The position numbers and the translations under genes were made by a program. Under the pieces are notes generated by a model. The model was not told the origin of the DNA, searched no databases, and was given only the letters and a program-made list of their open reading frames with translations. A stretch of DNA of 64,000 nt from Tidjanibacter sp. Lineage in GTDB: Bacteria > Bacteroidota > Bacteroidia > Bacteroidales > Rikenellaceae. This document shows positions 63,561-64,000 of this stretch, piece by piece. The stretch spans positions 2,338-66,337 of the forward strand of contig JBGUSZ010000094.1 in NCBI GenBank assembly GCA_045132795.1, written 5' to 3'. Position 1 is the stretch's first letter. Each line of letters opens with the position of its first letter.

Positions 63561-64000
63561 CTATTTGATGTATATTTCGAGCACCTTGCCGCTGCCTTTC
63601 AGCACGACGTCGGTGGTTTCAGCGGGTAGCAGGAGTGTTTGCAGGGCGGAGAGTTTTTCGCTCTCGCCACAGGCCTTAACCTCCACCTCACCCTCGGTAC
63701 ACATATAGGCCACAAAGCTATCCAGCGGTGCGTAGTCCAACTCCAATGCGCCATCCACCCACAACAGATTTACGGTGAATTGGTCGCACGAGGCTAACTC
63801 CACAGCCTTTCCCTTTTCGGCCGGCTTGGTGATGTTGAGTCCCTGCTGCGGGGTGAGATTGACCACCTCGGCTGCCAGGTCGGTGTGGAGCTCTCGGGTA
63901 TTGCCGGAGGTGTCCTGGCGGTTCCAATCGAAGATGCGGTAGGTGATGTCGGATGTCTCTTGCACCTCGGCCAAAAGTACACCTTTGTCAATGGAGTGGA
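63561..64000 (-). CDS. manA: Mannose-6-phosphate isomerase, class I (C-terminal part; N-terminus beyond the window)
   Basis: The frame stays open to the window edge. EVQETSDITYRIFDWNR and the C-terminal jelly-roll sequence match type I PMI. Confidence 0.85.
   Translation of the reverse strand, partial: HSIDKGVLLAEVQETSDITYRIFDWNRQDTSGNTRELHTDLAAEVVNLTPQQGLNITKPAEKGKAVELASCDQFTVNLLWVDGALELDYAPLDSFVAYMCTEGEVEVKACGESEKLSALQTLLLPAETTDVVLKGSGKVLEIYIK

Overview
This window reads as a Bacteroidota (Bacteroidales-like) chromosomal segment. The assignment is an inference from several features: an atpDC-x-atpBEFHAG ATP-synthase order, lipoprotein fimbrillins, DUF4252/DUF4296-type genes, TAnnTTTG promoter boxes and A/C-rich Shine-Dalgarno-poor leaders. 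GC looks slightly above 50% by eye and was not computed.

I call 58 protein-coding genes and 2 tRNAs (Arg-CCG, Leu-CAA). There are no rRNA genes, CRISPR arrays, transposases, integrases or phage genes.

Most of the window is housekeeping:
- Replication and repair: polA (5' partial), uvrB, dnaG, holB, dut, dCMP deaminase and a class II ribonucleotide reductase.
- Translation and RNA: dtd, smpB, tsaB, rbfA, rlmN.
- Folate synthesis: folB, folE, folK, scattered across the window.
- Energy: a complete F1Fo ATP synthase operon.
- Envelope and transport: lgt, an FtsX/LolE-like permease, NhaC, MATE and a Wzx-like flippase.

The accessory part is about 25.6-41.7 kb. It holds two small outer-membrane barrel genes flanking tRNA-Leu. 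These are followed by a tight nine-gene, 12.7-kb type V (FimA/Mfa-class) pilus-like operon headed by an AraC-family regulator.
- The operon starts with an OmpA-like/DUF3575-like outer-membrane protein and an anchor-like subunit.
- It then encodes four fimbrillin paralogues, a pilin with an inserted beta-trefoil-like triple repeat, and a 1092-aa pilin fused to two DUF1566/Fib_succ-like lectin-type modules.
- It ends with an uncharacterised barrel-like protein.
- All predicted polymerising subunits carry an Arg-Ala site 24-37 residues after the lipobox Cys. The anchor-like protein does not.

A seventh pilin-like lipoprotein lies 25 kb away (3014-5020). It has the same Arg-Ala site and is fused to three carbohydrate-binding-like modules.

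Other oddities:
- a G9 tract upstream of the pilus operon;
- an 88-nt alternating purine-pyrimidine GC tract with nested inverted repeats;
- recurrent TT(C/G)A(A/G)AA heptad arrays in intergenic regions;
- a RIC/hemerythrin-like domain fused to a LuxR-type DNA-binding domain.

All family assignments come from motifs read by eye. No HMM, BLAST or structure search was run.
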